Source: Basidiobolus meristosporus CBS 931.73 (Eukaryota; Fungi; Basidiobolomycota). From it: a stretch of 64,000 nucleotides of DNA. Numbering within the stretch: the first letter of the stretch is position 1; the number at the start of each line of letters is the position of its first letter. This document shows positions 47,770 through 60,988 of the stretch, piece after piece. The stretch is from the NCBI GenBank assembly GCA_002104905.1, contig MCFE01000329.1, positions 29,995-93,994 on the forward strand, written 5' to 3'. The position numbers were made by a program, and so were the translations under genes. The notes beneath the pieces are model-generated. The model was given only the letters and a program-made list of their open reading frames with translations, was not told the DNA's origin and made no database searches.

Positions 47770-49102
47770 CAAGATTGATAAGTCCAAATCTCCTATGCCA
47801 AAGTATTGGTGTTTCCTTGTTCACAGAGCTTTAGTTTAGCTTCCATAGATGCTAGAGTATAAGTCAACCTGTATAATTCTCATCTGAATTTTGTAGAAGT
47901 GGATGATGAGCTTTGAGGTATATTCTCCACCATTATCACTGTGTGTTTTTCTTGATATTTTCACCAGTTTCTCTCCCCACCATGGCTTTGAGCTCCCTAG
48001 GCCTAGAGAGTGTTTTTTCTTTCTTTCCATAAAGTAGACCTATGTGTATCTTGTATAATCATCAATAAAAGTGATTAATTACTTTTTTGCACATTAGGAT
48101 GAGTTTTGCATATGTCAACATATATCTGGACAAATTAGATCTAATTTTTTTCTTAGTTTTGATTCAACCCAGAGCTCTTGAGCAGTTGTCTGGCTTGTTT
48201 ACCATATATGCAGGCTTCACAGTGCTCTAAGCTGGCTGGGTGATCAATTTTTACTCAGCAAATTAGCTGATTTTTGATTATTTTGCTAAAATAATCAAAA
48301 TTGACATGTCCAAATCATATCTACCAACAGAGTAATTTTGTTGATCAGATTTGTCATTTCCTCTCCTGGTAACTTCTTTGTAGTAGAGAATTTCTGTCTG
48401 AGATACAAATTCTTAGCAGCTGAACATGATGGATAGGTGTCTTCTAACATCTTCCAGGCATTCTTTACCATTCTTACTGTTGAGCACAGAGTTAGCAATT
48501 TGTCTTTAACATTAAGATAGGTGTAGTTGAAGGCACTTTGTTCTTTCTTCTGGTACTTTAGGGCTTCTTCCCCTAACACCATCAGGAGGGCATTCTTCTC
48601 CCACTACAATATCCCAAAGACATCTTTCCTGTAGCAACATCTTCATCTTCACCTTCCAGGCTTAGCAGTTAGATCCATCCAACTTGTCAGCAGAGGAAAA
48701 AAGTCCTGTCATGGCAGTAGTAGACACTCCAGAGAGTGACAGCTCAGGACTTGTAACTGGTTGTAAGAGTCTTGGAAATATTGGAAGTGATTTGGAGAGC
48801 AAATAGATTATGTGGGTTTCACTCAATGACCCATTGAATGTGAGTAGTGTTTGCACTTTACCTGATCTTGGCAAGACAAGCATGTAAAATATGTTTAGCA
48901 AGGTCCCAAGAATACATGTGCAAAGTTTGGGGCTGTTTGAACAACTTTGAGAAGTTTCATGCTCTGGGCACCTGACATTTTGGTGAAAATGTTCCATGTA
49001 AACTCCAACAAGGATTTAGGGCAGGATTCTCTCAGATTGTATGCTATAATATGGGTGACTAAGTTAGGTGAATATCTAGGTGTAACTTACATATTTACAA
49101 CA
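47770..49102 (-). mobile_element. Degenerate copia 5' fragment (LTR 48760-49102, gag, integrase piece)
   Basis: Family LTR ending TTACAACA. ORF 48295-48582 is gag (EEALKYQKKEQSAF). ORF 47836-48030 has SDNGGEYTSK. Confidence 0.8.
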
Positions 49103-49109
49103 ATCAATA

Positions 49110-49600
49110 CCTCTTTGTAACTGTGGATGTCTGCACACTTTTGTCTTCTCAATGCTATCCTGGACAAGCATGCTTCCACTATTGCACAGGCTCTGTTCAA
49201 GTTCTTCTGTCTTTTCTGGTTCTCAAAGATTATTCAGTTGAACAATGGAACCAAATTTGAAATCATGTGATCAAAGCCCTTTACCAGAATAGTGCCATTG
49301 ATCACTCTCTGCTCACCCCATATCATCCAAAAGCAAGTGGGCTTGCTGAAAGACAGCTTCAGACCTCAGTGACTTCATTGGGAAATCAATCAGACTTATC
49401 AAAACAAATTGGGGCAAGTATTTTCCTACCCTAAAGTATGCTATTAACATCAAAGTTGCTGCTCTATATGGATCAATGCCAGTTTTTGAGTGTTTAAAGA
49501 AGATCAAACCACTTTGGCCTCTTGAATATTAGCCCACTCTTCATCATTACACTCTGCAGCTGAACAGAACTTCAATGTTTTTAGATTTTTAGCTTTTTTA
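49110..49600 (+). mobile_element. Degenerate gypsy/Ginger-type integrase core fragment
   Basis: Manual translation: ALFKFFCLFWFSKIIQLNNGTKF..VIKALYQNSAIDHSLLTPYHPKASGLAER, a decayed FG.PKIIQSDNGTEF / TPYHP..NG.AER. Confidence 0.7.
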
Positions 49601-50081
49601 TATATATCACAGTCTCTCCCTCCATGCTGAGATAGGTTTCTCTCTAAGCTTTATTTCTGGAACTGTTGCTCTGCATCAAAGATTGCATGGTGTTCCTCTG
49701 CTTTTACATCAGGAATGCTCAATGCTGGTTTGGGTCATAGAGTTGCCTGAGTTCCTTTTTTGCAGTAAAGATACTAAATTCCTACATGGAATATTGATGG
49801 CTCTGCATGCATTATCTGCTTCTCCTCTCTCTGAACTGTTTCCTCTTTTCTCTGGGCTATTGCAAATATCATATTAGCCACTGCTCCCAATTACCTCATT
49901 AATGCTTTGGTATGAGCTGATAACATGCTTGCAAGTACTGGTGGTGGTGCAGTCATGACAGTCATTTGCTGGTCTTCTACCAGCAGTACTGTGTTTGCTA
50001 CACTCTCATCTACCTAAGCATTGATGGTCAGCTTGCAGCTCCCCAAATATTCTCAATTGCTTAGTTGACTGAGAGGCTGAG

Positions 50082-50644
50082 GAGGCTTCATTTTTATCTT
50101 CAGTGAGCTCACAGTCAACATGGCTTTTTTTGGATGTAGCTCTGCTTGTTGCACAAAATGTCAATGCAAGCTGTCGTCCAACTGTTCTTCTGCTGCTGTC
50201 TGTGTTGGGGTTTGGTTGGGAACCTGACAACTTTGCATTATTTTTTGGAGGCATATTTATGGAAGTGAGTCATACCAACAGGGATATAGTGTTACATATG
50301 TGTGAGTATGTGGTGCCTCAACTTTATTTATAATACTTACCATGGCATGTTATTATCAAATAGGAGTCTGCATTATTCCCTTTAGTGGGCACACTGTCCA
50401 CAGGGTCTTTTTTGGTTGTAGCCATGCTTGTTGCACTGAATGTCAAAGCAAGCTGTTGTCCAACTGTTCCTCTGCTGCTGTCAGTGGTGGGGTCTGGTTG
50501 AGAACCAGACAACTTTGTTTTATTTTCTGGCAGCATACATATAGAAGTAGGTCAAAAAAAAGGGGAAATGGTGTTACCTATACATGTGTAAGTGGTGCCA
50601 TAGCTTTATTTATAATGCTTACTATGGCAGGTCATCATTGAATC
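50082..50644 (-). repeat. Diverged tandem duplication (~285-bp period) of a TATA-like element plus ORF start
   Basis: Paralogous ORF starts MPPKNNAKLSGSQPNP... (50254) and MLPENKTKLSGSQPDP... (50536), with shared flanking DNA. Confidence 0.7.
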
Positions 50645-50899
50645 ATACATTCATATAGGTGCAATGTCTCAAATACAAGACTGTCTTAAATTCACATGAG
50701 TATTGACAAAAAAGTAATATAATAGCATTACATTATTGAGTGTCAAACTGTTTGCCCCATGGACAAGACTACTATGATTCAATGCCATACAAGCAGAGAA
50801 AAAAGCCCATGTAGCTATTGTAACAAGCCTCTCAGCCATGAAGCATGCAGACAGCATAGGAAATATTACAAAGATCATGGCCAGTGTTTTGTCACATAA

Positions 50900-53800
50900 G
50901 CCATACATGAGCATTCATCAGTCAATGTGTTTCCTATGATATCTTGCCAGTCTCTTAATACTTTTACAACAGCACCTAGCTGCACTTGCCAATTTGCCCA
51001 AACAGAGCCAAGTAAGTCTGTGAGGCCTGCCAGCTCACCTCAGCCTTCTGAATATGGCTCATACAGTGATAGCTCCAAAGAAGGTTCACTAATAGACTCT
51101 GAGCCTATCTCCCCTCACAACATTACCTTACTTGCAGCTGGCAAGAACCAAATATGGGATGAGGTAATAGCTGTTGAACAAAATGCAGAGGATACTTCAA
51201 GGAGCCAAGTGAGCCCTGTAATCCATTTACTGGCGAACAATGTGATATATTGGCTAGAGTATTGGTGTAATTCCACCAATATCAGTAACATGGGTTTTGA
51301 GAATTTACTGCTACTTCTTGCCAAAATCATTCTGGGATGCAACTTACCATATATATGGTTCAAATGAACAACTGTAATGCAACTTACTGATGTAAAAGTT
51401 TGCAATTCCACCTAATATATACACCTAACTTAGTCACTTAGATCATTACCTTCAAATCCTAGAGAATTCTGACCAAATTCCTTGTTGGGATTTACTTAGA
51501 ATATTTTCACCAAAATACCAGGTAGCCAGATCATGAAAATTCTCAAAGTTGTCCAAACAGCCCAAAACTTTGCACACATGTTCTTGAGACCTTCCTTAAC
51601 CTGTTCTATGTGTTCTTTGTGCCAAAACCATGTAAAAGTATAAATACTACTTTTACATTCAATAAATCATTAAATGAAAACCACATAATCTATTTGTTTG
51701 CCCAATCACTTCCAATATCTCCAAGACTCTTACAACAGGCTATGAGCCCCAAGCTGTCACTCTCTGCAATATCTACTACTGTTATTACTGGAATTTTTCC
51801 CTCTGCTGAAAAGTTGGATGGATATAACTACCAAGTGTAGAGGGTGAAGATGAAGATTCTGCTACAAGAAAGCGCCCTTAGGGATATTGTCATGGGAGAA
51901 GAATGTCCTCCTAAAAATGTGGGAGAAGAAGCCTAAAGTACCAGAAGAAAGAACAAAGTGCCTTTAACTGCATTTGCCTTAATGTTAAGGGCAATTTGTT
52001 AATTCAATGCTCAAGAGCGAAAATGGCAAAGAATGCCTGGAAGGCATTAGAAGATACTTACTGGTCATGTTGAGCTGCTAAGAAAATATATCTGAGACAG
52101 AAATTCTCTACTACAAAGATGCTGCCAGGAGAAGAAATGAAAAATCTAATTAACAGAATTACCCTGTTGGTAGATGAAATGGAATCTGTGGGCATACCAA
52201 CCACTGATGAGGATGTGTATATGGACCAGCCTGATGAGTTTGTTGACCAAGATAACCCCCATTTGGTCTGCAAGCTTAAAAAGTCTCTATATGGTCTTAT
52301 ACAATTACTAAGAGCCTAGAATTGCAAGATAGATTCTTATTTGGAATCTTTGAGTTTCAAAAGGAGTAATGTTGACTATAGTATATACTCTAAGCCAGAT
52401 AGAGCAAATCCAGCTCTATTAGCTCTATATGTGGATGATCTTATTATAGCCACCAATAACCTAGAAACATTGGAAGAGACCAAATCCAGCCTATCTAAGG
52501 AGTTCAAGATGTCCAATCTAGGAGAACTCAGTTACTACATAGGGATTAAGTTCTCCATAAACAGAAGTACCCAGACTAATACCCTAAGCCAATCCAAGTA
52601 TATTCCAGATATACTAAAGAAGTACAAAATGGAAGACTATAAACAAGCAGCTACCCCAATGGAGACAAACCCTAACTTGGTAAAAACTCAACCAAATCAA
52701 GAGAGCTTGGTGTCATCTGAAAGCCCTGACTTTCCTTATCAATCTATGGCTGGCAGTCTGATGTATATCATGCATGGAACACATCCAGATATCTCATATT
52801 CAGTGGGAGTTGTCAGCCAACATAATCAGAACTATGGATCTGATCATATTGGAGCAGTTAAGCAGAATCTTAGACACCTAAAAGGAACTGCTGATATCTA
52901 CTTAAGATACACTTATAAGGATTCAGAAGAGGATCTTGTGGGATACTCTGATGCTGATTGGAGACAAAGTTAGGAAGACAGAAGATCCACCACAGGATAC
53001 ACCTTTCTTTACTGTCAAGGAGCAATTTCATGGAATTCAAGAAAGCAACCAACTGTAGCACTTTCTACCACAGAGGTAGAGTACATGGCAGCCTGTGAAG
53101 CAACAGAGGAAGCAATGTAGTTAAGAAAGCTTTTTACAGAATCAGGCCTATGTCAAAAAAAGCCTATTACTTTATTTCAACATAACTAAGGATGTATACA
53201 ATTAGGTAGAAATCCAACTTTTCATACTAGAACCAAGCACATAGGTATTAGACATCATTTCATACATGAAGTTACAGAAAATAGCTTAGATAGCTTAGTT
53301 TACTGTCCTACAGATGAAATGATTGCAGACATATTTACCAAACCATTAGCTAGACACAAGTTTAAATATCTTAGGTCAAAATTAGGACTGGTCAGTATGA
53401 ACATTTAGCTGAATGGGAGTGTTGTAAGAGTTTGTAATTCCACCTATATATTCACCTAACTTAGTCACTTAGATCATTACCTTCAAATCCTAGAGAATAC
53501 TGACCAAATTCCTTGTTGGGATTTACTTAGAATATTTTCACCAAAATACCAGGTACCCAGAACATGAAAATTCTCAAAGTTATTCAAACAGCCCCAAACT
53601 TTGCACACAAGTTCTTGAGACCTTCCTCAACCTATTCTGTGTGTTTGTTATGCTAAGACCATGTAAAAGTATAAATACTACTTTTACATTCAATAAATCA
53701 TTAAGTGAAAACTACTTAATCTACTTGTTCTCCCGGTCACTTCCGGTATCTCCAAGACTCTTTCAACACTGACAGCCTATGACCCAGAGACTGTCCTGAT

Positions 53801-55300
53801 ACCAGCATGTTGTAACAGTTGCATGGCATTCTCTGATGAGAAAGCCTCCATTGCAAGGTGTCCAACTTGTCAGAAGTCCACCACCATAGGAGAAAATCCC
53901 CATGCATGTTCTGGATATATTCCAGTAATAACTGGTCTACAGAAGCTCATGCTGTCCAACAAATATTGCAAAGCTATACAGTACTACACTCAGTATCAAT
54001 CAAGTGCCAACATTTCCAATATATTTGATGGCTAAAATTACAAACAGCTAAGAAGCAAGGGCTACTTTGAAGGTATGTATGACCATGCCTTTGCTTTAGC
54101 ACTTGATTGATTATCATTAAACAAGTACTCTACCAGCAAATCCTGCTGGCCACTGATTCTCATCAATCTGAATCTGCCACCCATCTTACAGTATCAGAGC
54201 AATAATCTGATGGTAGTCTCACTGGTATCTGGGCCTAAATCACTGTCCAACCTGGATAGCTACCATTATCCATTGTTAGATGAATTTTGGGAAATTGGAA
54301 GAAGAGTCAAGTCTCAGGTACTACCATATCCCAATCTCATCAGGAATGTTACCTTCAAGTCTGTCATGGAAGTGACAAGTTGGCACATGGAAGATGGCAG
54401 GGAAGAGCTGGAAAATATTGAGCACAGATGTGAACATGTAGACATCTATGCCTTTGGGATTAAGAAGCTCAGCAGCCTCAATGCATGGGTAATCAGTTAA
54501 GTAGGGCCAGGTTTAGTTGCATGCAACAAGCAACTAATTCTGATTAAGACCACTCTACCAAAGTATGCCAGGTGTCTCCTGGGTTCTAGCCAATATCTAC
54601 ACCTTTCAACATGAAATTCACACAAAAAAGAACAGGGGTGTACCTATAAGAGGGACTAGAATCCAGCAGGGAGAAGGAATATATTGGCTTAGTACCACAA
54701 AGTATTTTGCCAATATTCAAGAGGTATTAATGATCCAGGTGGCAGCTAATAATCATATCTTTGCAAGATGTATATGCTACCAGCAATACAAGGCATGTGA
54801 TAACTTTGCTAGTATCACATTGAAAAGCCATAAAGTTGAGGTGATAGAAGTGTGTCAATTGCAGCAGGTGTGCACATATGTAGAGGTTAGTAAGCAGGAA
54901 GCCCTAGTACTTTCTGATTCAAACTATATGTGGAATACCCATGGTAGTAGTGGGTAAGCTAATAAAGAGGCATGATTCAACAATGGAATATATGGATGGG
55001 ATATGGGGAGGTCGAAAAATGAAATGCCATTTGGTAAATTGTTATAGTACTGTTATGCAGGACTAGCTATACACCACCATACTGCCATTCTGAGGCCAAC
55101 AGAAGTCCACATAAAGGCTGTCAAGACACTTTCAAGTTTCTTACCATATAAGGCAACTGCACTTATTGGCTGATTTGGTCCACTCAGATAAATGTTGACC
55201 ATTTGAGGGCCATCATAATACCACCAAAATCCCATTCAGAGACTGTTAAAGCACCATCAAGTTCATTTATTTATTTGGTAGTCAGAACACTGTCTCAATT
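50900..55300 (+). mobile_element. Degenerate CACTA/En-Spm (Transposase_21) element, split by the copia at 51388-53768
   Basis: ISNMGFENLLLLL..LP; across the insertion QLTAYDPETVLIPACCNSCMAF..RCPTC; YIPVITGLQKL; NIFDG; CWPLILINLNLPP; VSGPKS..DSY.YPLLDEF. Confidence 0.8.
51388..53768 (+). mobile_element. Internally deleted copia element (LTRs 51388-51737 and 53420-53768)
   Basis: PBS GGCTATGAGCCC at 51738-51749, PPT GAATGGGAG at 53411-53419, TSD CTTAC/CTGAC. Gag is fused directly to RT (GIPTTDEDVYMDQPD); protease and integrase are absent. Confidence 0.9.
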
Positions 55301-55314
55301 CCACCTTGTTACCA

Positions 55315-57300
55315 TTATAGTCCTGCCACAACACTGCTAAAAGGGCCAGGAATTCCAAGCTGCCAGCAATAATGCAGGCTTATCACAGGATGCTCATGGC
55401 TGGTCCAGATCAGATCCACCTGCGCAATCAAATTACTTTTCATAGGGGTAGACTGAATTCCTGGGCTATTAACCTGAGTTGTGTACCATACAGGGTCATC
55501 TGAATAGGTGGTAGTTGCAGCTTTTGTGCTAGTTTTCAATTGTCTACCCTGCAGAAGGTCAAAATTGGCCTTCTTGCAGCAAAACAGAGGGAGTCACACC
55601 TTGATACCTTGTACTGCAATAAGGAATATATGGACTACACTACAAAGGGGGCTGGATCCAGAGTTAGCATTGGTCATGTTCCAATCAATGTCTTGATCTA
55701 TAGGCAAAAGTTCTTTGCACTCAAGTGTCTTCTAGAACTTGAGTGGCATGACACATATCTCTGACCCACTGTCAATATAACAGTCTACTGGATCATTGGG
55801 GATATATTCTTACAAAAGACCAGTGGCAATAGAGTAGAAGATTTTATCTTATACTTCATCTGTAGGACTTAACTGATCATTGTGTCCATATGCACTACTT
55901 GTTGACATCTTGTACAAAGGTGCTTATCAAATGGCTTTCTGACAGATGGAGAAACAACATATAATTGCACCAACAGAGAGTGTGAGGTTCTGTTTCAGTA
56001 CCTTCTTGGTGATCAATTGGGAGCTTGAGTAGCTAGCTACCTTTGATGTCATCTGGAAGCTGGGGAGGGACTTCTGAGCAGGTTGGCCACCAGCTCTCTG
56101 CTCTATAACAACTTCCCGTTCTCTGTGTCTAGGCTTCTGTGAGAAGGGTTCCTATGAAAAATCTCAAAGTTGGAATTCATAAGATTTAAAGTTGGTATAC
56201 AGCTGGTATTCAAATGGTATTTTGCTGGTATTCAGCTGGTGTTTTTCCCTCAAATTTTCTGTTGCAACTTATAATGGAACTAGTGAGCAGCTGATTGTCA
56301 GATTTGGCATGATAACTTTTTGGCCTAGTCTCATCCAGGAAAATATGTCTTCTTCTCTGCCAGGATGCTAGTACCTGAGATATTGAGAGTTGTGAATCTT
56401 GAGAAAGTTGGATTCAGCAGATATTATGATTGTATTTTGCTGGCTTTTTCTTAATTTTTTTTCTTAGGGGGTCTTACTGGCTCTTCAGGGAGATGTCTTT
56501 TAGTAGCATATGTATCAGCTTTATACTTCCCATCCTTGTTGCTGTTATGGTCATACTGGCAAGACTGAGTAGGGGCCTCAACTGTGATTGTTCTGGTAGT
56601 AGTATCTGGGCTGTTGAACAGCACTCTCATACCACCTTTCCAGGAGTTACTTGGTACTCCCTTGCCTTCTTTGTCAGTCAACATGCCATCCATGTCAAAT
56701 GTAGCTGTTCCTTCCCTTAGCATCTTGCTGAGCTCCATGCAGTCTCTCCTAGTGTGTTCAGTGGTATCACACCAAATGCAGTGCCATGGGAGTGGTTTTG
56801 GGACCTCCCTGGTAGTCTCCGTAGCTTCATGGACTTTAAGGGCAAGTTTTATAATTGCTTGGCAAGTTGGTCATTCCTGTCGGCAGAGTATGTTGTCTTC
56901 TTAGCAGTATTCCTGTCATTGATCTTTGCAGCTGAAACCGGTAGGTTGGTCTTTATAAGCCCCATAAAGGTTGATGTTTGCTTGGTGTCAAGTAGAACAT
57001 GCTTAATCTCTTCAAAGATTGGGACTCCAGACCTAGCCTCTTTGGATTGTATATCTTGGGTATTCCATACTCTTGCTGGAAGTAGCTTTTCAGTGATGGC
57101 CAGTCTGAAAGTGCATCTTTCTGCTTAAGTAAGTTGCTGGCCACTTCATCTGTGCAGTAGTAGGGGAAGTCCACAGCCATATCCTGCTCTAACAAATTAC
57201 ATCACTTGCAGAGTTTCTCCCACTTGAATATAAAGCTATCCACATTCTTGCCATCAAACTGTGGTGCTCTATAGGAGAGTGGTAGTGGCATGCAGCTCAT
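55315..57300 (-). mobile_element. Degenerate gypsy-type gag-protease region, interrupted by a MITE
   Basis: APQFDGKNVDSFIFKWEKL, FPYYC...DWPSLKSYF and GGMR (gag). CYIDSGSEICVM, DWNMTNANSG and NFDLLQGR (aspartic protease). Confidence 0.7.
56150..56469 (+). mobile_element. ~320-bp MITE with (C/T)CCTATGAAAA...TTTTCTTAGGG termini
   Basis: 3-bp TSD GGT on both sides. Homologous to 60703-60988 and 11054-11237. Confidence 0.75.
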
Positions 57301-57899
57301 GGTAACTGTGCAGTTGGTAGGCATATGAATATCTTTGAGTTTTGAGGGTTCAGAGCTGTAGGTCTTGATTGCTGAATGTATAGGGAATAGATTGGTTGAA
57401 ATTGCTGGATAAGTCTGGTTGGGTCCTAGTGAGAATGTGTAACCCCCCCACATTGGGTGCCAATAATGTGGTGGTGTATAAGTCCAAAGGGAAAAATACA
57501 GCCAAAACTTCTTAAGTGTATGTTGGATGTTCATTGGGTGCAATAACCTCAGGCAAAAGCTTGCTAGAAATACTGGGTCTTTGATCTAATCTAATGAGAA
57601 GGGGGATAAAACCTCATGCTTATTAAGGGAAAGCTATTCAGCTACAATTCCCAACTTAGTTGGCATCTTAACAAAAGTTTATACTGGCTTTGCCATCCTT
57701 TAAGATGACAATGGACTTTTTCTGTTGGATTGTACCACAAAGTGTCAGCTAGCTTGCAGTCCTGGATTGATCTGCACTCTATGGAACCATCTGGCACTAT
57801 ACTTTCTACCATAATGCTGGTAGTAGGATAGAGTGGCTGGTAATTTTACTCATGTTACTTATAATGCTCAGAACATTGCTTTTGTTGCTTTTTTTACTC

Positions 57900-58400
57900 T
57901 TAATAGTGCACCAGATGCATTTTTCTCAGTGGATGTTGTCTTGTATGAATATACTGGGCATAGATCAGTATATTGACTATTTTACCTATTCTGATATTTT
58001 CTCCTATATTTGACTTTCCTCTGTAATTACCTGCTAATATGCTGAATCTCTTTAGATATCCAAATGTATGCTCTGCCCTCACTCTGAAATGATTAAAAAT
58101 CTCATTGTATAGCTTCTTCTCTCTGCCAAGCACACCATTCCATGGTTTTCCATAAGCTGTAGTACATCCTAATCTCTGACAATCCTCTCCTATATTTGCA
58201 AAGTCTGCCAAACATTTGTCCCCCTACTGAACTCTGGATGATTCTCTTCCCCTAGACAAGTAAGTCATATCAAGATTGGCAAGTGATTAGACAAAAGCAT
58301 ATTGTATCATTTTGGTGCAATTGGCTTAATCTATTTGATTTTCCATGGATTATGATTAAATCTCCATCAATTGCCAGGTATTCCATCATTTTTTTGCAAA
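57900..58400 (-). mobile_element. PIF/Harbinger-ISL2EU (DDE_Tnp_4-like) transposase remnant
   Basis: YLAIDG at ~58370, LADF at ~58210, and KP.NG.LG.EKKLYN..F..FRVRAEHTFGYLKRFSIL carrying the third acidic residue. Confidence 0.7.
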
Positions 58401-58699
58401 AATCATCCTGAAACAATGACTTGATGAGTAACTCACAAGTCTATAATTGAGTAGGAAATCTGCAACTGATGTGATCTGATCCATGTCAATGCAATCCAAG
58501 ATGTATCATGCATAATATATGGAAAATTCAATAATCACATTAGTTTTCATATATATTTCATATAAGACCATGTTGATGCCAATAAACTACTGTATAAGTA
58601 TCAAAATCCATTAGTATGGTACCTATACCAAGTCTCCACTCATCATTAGTACAACCCAGACAAAATCCACCCCCAGTTCAGTAGTGGGGTTGGTACCAA

Positions 58700-59829
58700 A
58701 CAAATCAATCTTGGACCTGCTTGAGTTCTTACCAAATGATTTCAGTATGGCCCAAGTGTTTATGATGAGCCTTCATATCAGTATTTGGGCCCTACTCATT
58801 AATCAAACAGAGCTGGATACCTCAGAGAGTTGACAGAGGTGGAAGAATTTGAGTAGACAGTTGTGCTATGAGTTCTACATCAAGATGCCAGCAGATATAT
58901 GTAAGAAGATATATAACAAGACAAGTATTGAGATCAGAAATTAGCTGAGAGTGAGGGAATTTGATGAGGAGGCTGCATGCAAGCAATCCTGAATGCAATA
59001 TGCTCAATACAGTCTGGATACATCCATTTGTGCCTCAACTTTGGGAACCAAGGAGATTTTGAACAAGTTTTAGTCTCAGATGACTAATGTACTACATAAT
59101 ATACTAGTATAGCTAAGTGGCTTCCAAGAACAATATACACAGGCCTCATCAAGGCAACAGTTCCAAAGTATCTGACAAAGGGTAAGTGAATACCTTGAAG
59201 TGTCAGAAGGTGAGCTTCAAGAGGAAGAATATAGACTGCAGGCAACTGTGTTCAGATTGCACCAACACACCTTGCCAGAGTCTTTGCTAAGCCTTGTAAT
59301 GCCAGCATGCTGGCGCACACCAGTCCAAGCCACACCAACATCCTACACAAGAGCACAAGGCACCAAGTTGATGCACATTGGGTCAAAGTGCATGGTTCAG
59401 AGCAAAGCTACCAGAGCCCACCAAACTGCTCAATCAGACACAATTTCACTGGAGCAGACTGAGTTATGTTTAAACATGGTGTCACATTGGACTCAGCCAA
59501 CACCTGTGTGCACTGCTACAACTGATAATCAGCAAGTCACTTCTTGTGAACTGCCCAATGAAGACTCAATGGAAGCACCTTCACTGCAGGAGCCTTTGGC
59601 CAGTAAAAGTATGTGTTGTCATATGTCACTCCAGGCCGGTCCTAAAACATCATCTGGAACAATTCAGCATGGACAAGCTACAGCATTGTGCTCATCAGCC
59701 AGCAGGCAAAATACTGACTACAAGTACACAAGTAGCCAAGATGATAGTCAACAAGGGAGTAGTTTAGGTGTGCAAAGTGATTTTCTCCCAAATGCTTCAG
59801 TAGAAATCCCTGTGAGAAAAAAAACTTGA
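58700..59829 (+). mobile_element. Possible decayed gag-like ORF (unclassified retroelement)
   Basis: Frame +1 reads RWKNLSRQLCYEFY...EILNKF.SQMTNVLHNIL with few stops and continues into the 209-aa ORF at 59200-59829. The family is not recognised with confidence. Confidence 0.25.
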
Positions 59830-60702
59830 AGATGATACAAATGTGATGATTGCTATCATTTGTCATGATCCAAGCATCACATATTTTTTTGCAATCTGAA
59901 TCAAGCAATTACAAACCAGTGATCTCTAATTTTTGATATTAGTAATATCAAGGTTGTCTCACATTTGAGAGAGAACCCCTATATATAACATCCTGCAAGA
60001 TTATACATCATCTGTTGCACCAGTGCAGCTATTTGATCTGTATTGCAGCTACACAACTGACTGCGTGCTAGTCATGACACCTTGTTCAATCACAAAAATC
60101 AGGGATATATTTGCTCAATAGGCAAAATGGGATATTAGTAGGCAAATCAGGTAGCTTTTGTATTCTTCAGTGAGCCAATTAGGAGCTTGTAGCTTCAGGC
60201 TACTTCTGGACCAATAAACCACTGGCATACTATCCAATCAGAATGATGATAACCAAAATGTTAGGTATCAGTACAGTTTATAGTGCAAAACACATTTATT
60301 TCCATATACATTAAAGAAGCATGTCCAAACACCAGTTTTTACCTGCCATGATAGTGGTATCCAATTGTGCACATGATGCATACATCACAAGTTGCTACAA
60401 TCATTCATCCCAACCTGATTGTGTCAGATAGCCCTATGTTGAGCTAATAACCTGGTATATTTATACCCTTAGTTTAAAAACATCACTATTTGGAGCTCCA
60501 CCTATGGAGTTCTGCAGCTCAGTGATAACAGCTTTACTGTGACATATTGTGGAATACAGTACCTTTTTAATCTGATGGTATAAGTTGACCTGCACTAAAA
60601 GGCACTATCCAGTGAAATTAATCTGTAATCTGAGTGCTTCTATATCAGATCCTGATTTGCAATCCAATTTAACCATTAGAGATACTTATTCTTCTCATCA
60701 TA

Positions 60703-60988
60703 CCCTATGAAGAATCTCAAAGTTGAGACCTATCTGATATTCAGCTGGTGTTCAGATAGACTTTTTCCCTCATATTTTCAGTGGCAATTTTTGACAGAAG
60801 TGGTGAGCAGCTGATTACCAAATATGGCATGATTGCTATTTGGCCTAGTCCCCGCTTGGAAAAAAGTCTACTGGTTTTCTCTACAGCTAGTATCTGAGAT
60901 ATTGTGAGTTGTCTATTTTCAGAAAGTTGGAATTCTGCTATATCATGGTGGTATTCTCCAGGCTGTTTCTCAATATTTTCCCTGAGGG
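60703..60988 (+). mobile_element. ~286-bp MITE with CCCTATGAAGAAT...ATTTTCCCTGAGGG termini
   Basis: 3-bp TSD ATA on both sides. Same family as 56150-56469. Confidence 0.8.

Noticed and set aside
58827-59990. LINE zf-RVT-like motif (RVMFKHG...CVHC) in frame +3
   Set aside because: That frame is full of stops, while frame +1 over the same DNA is largely open and more protein-like. It is likely a chance match.
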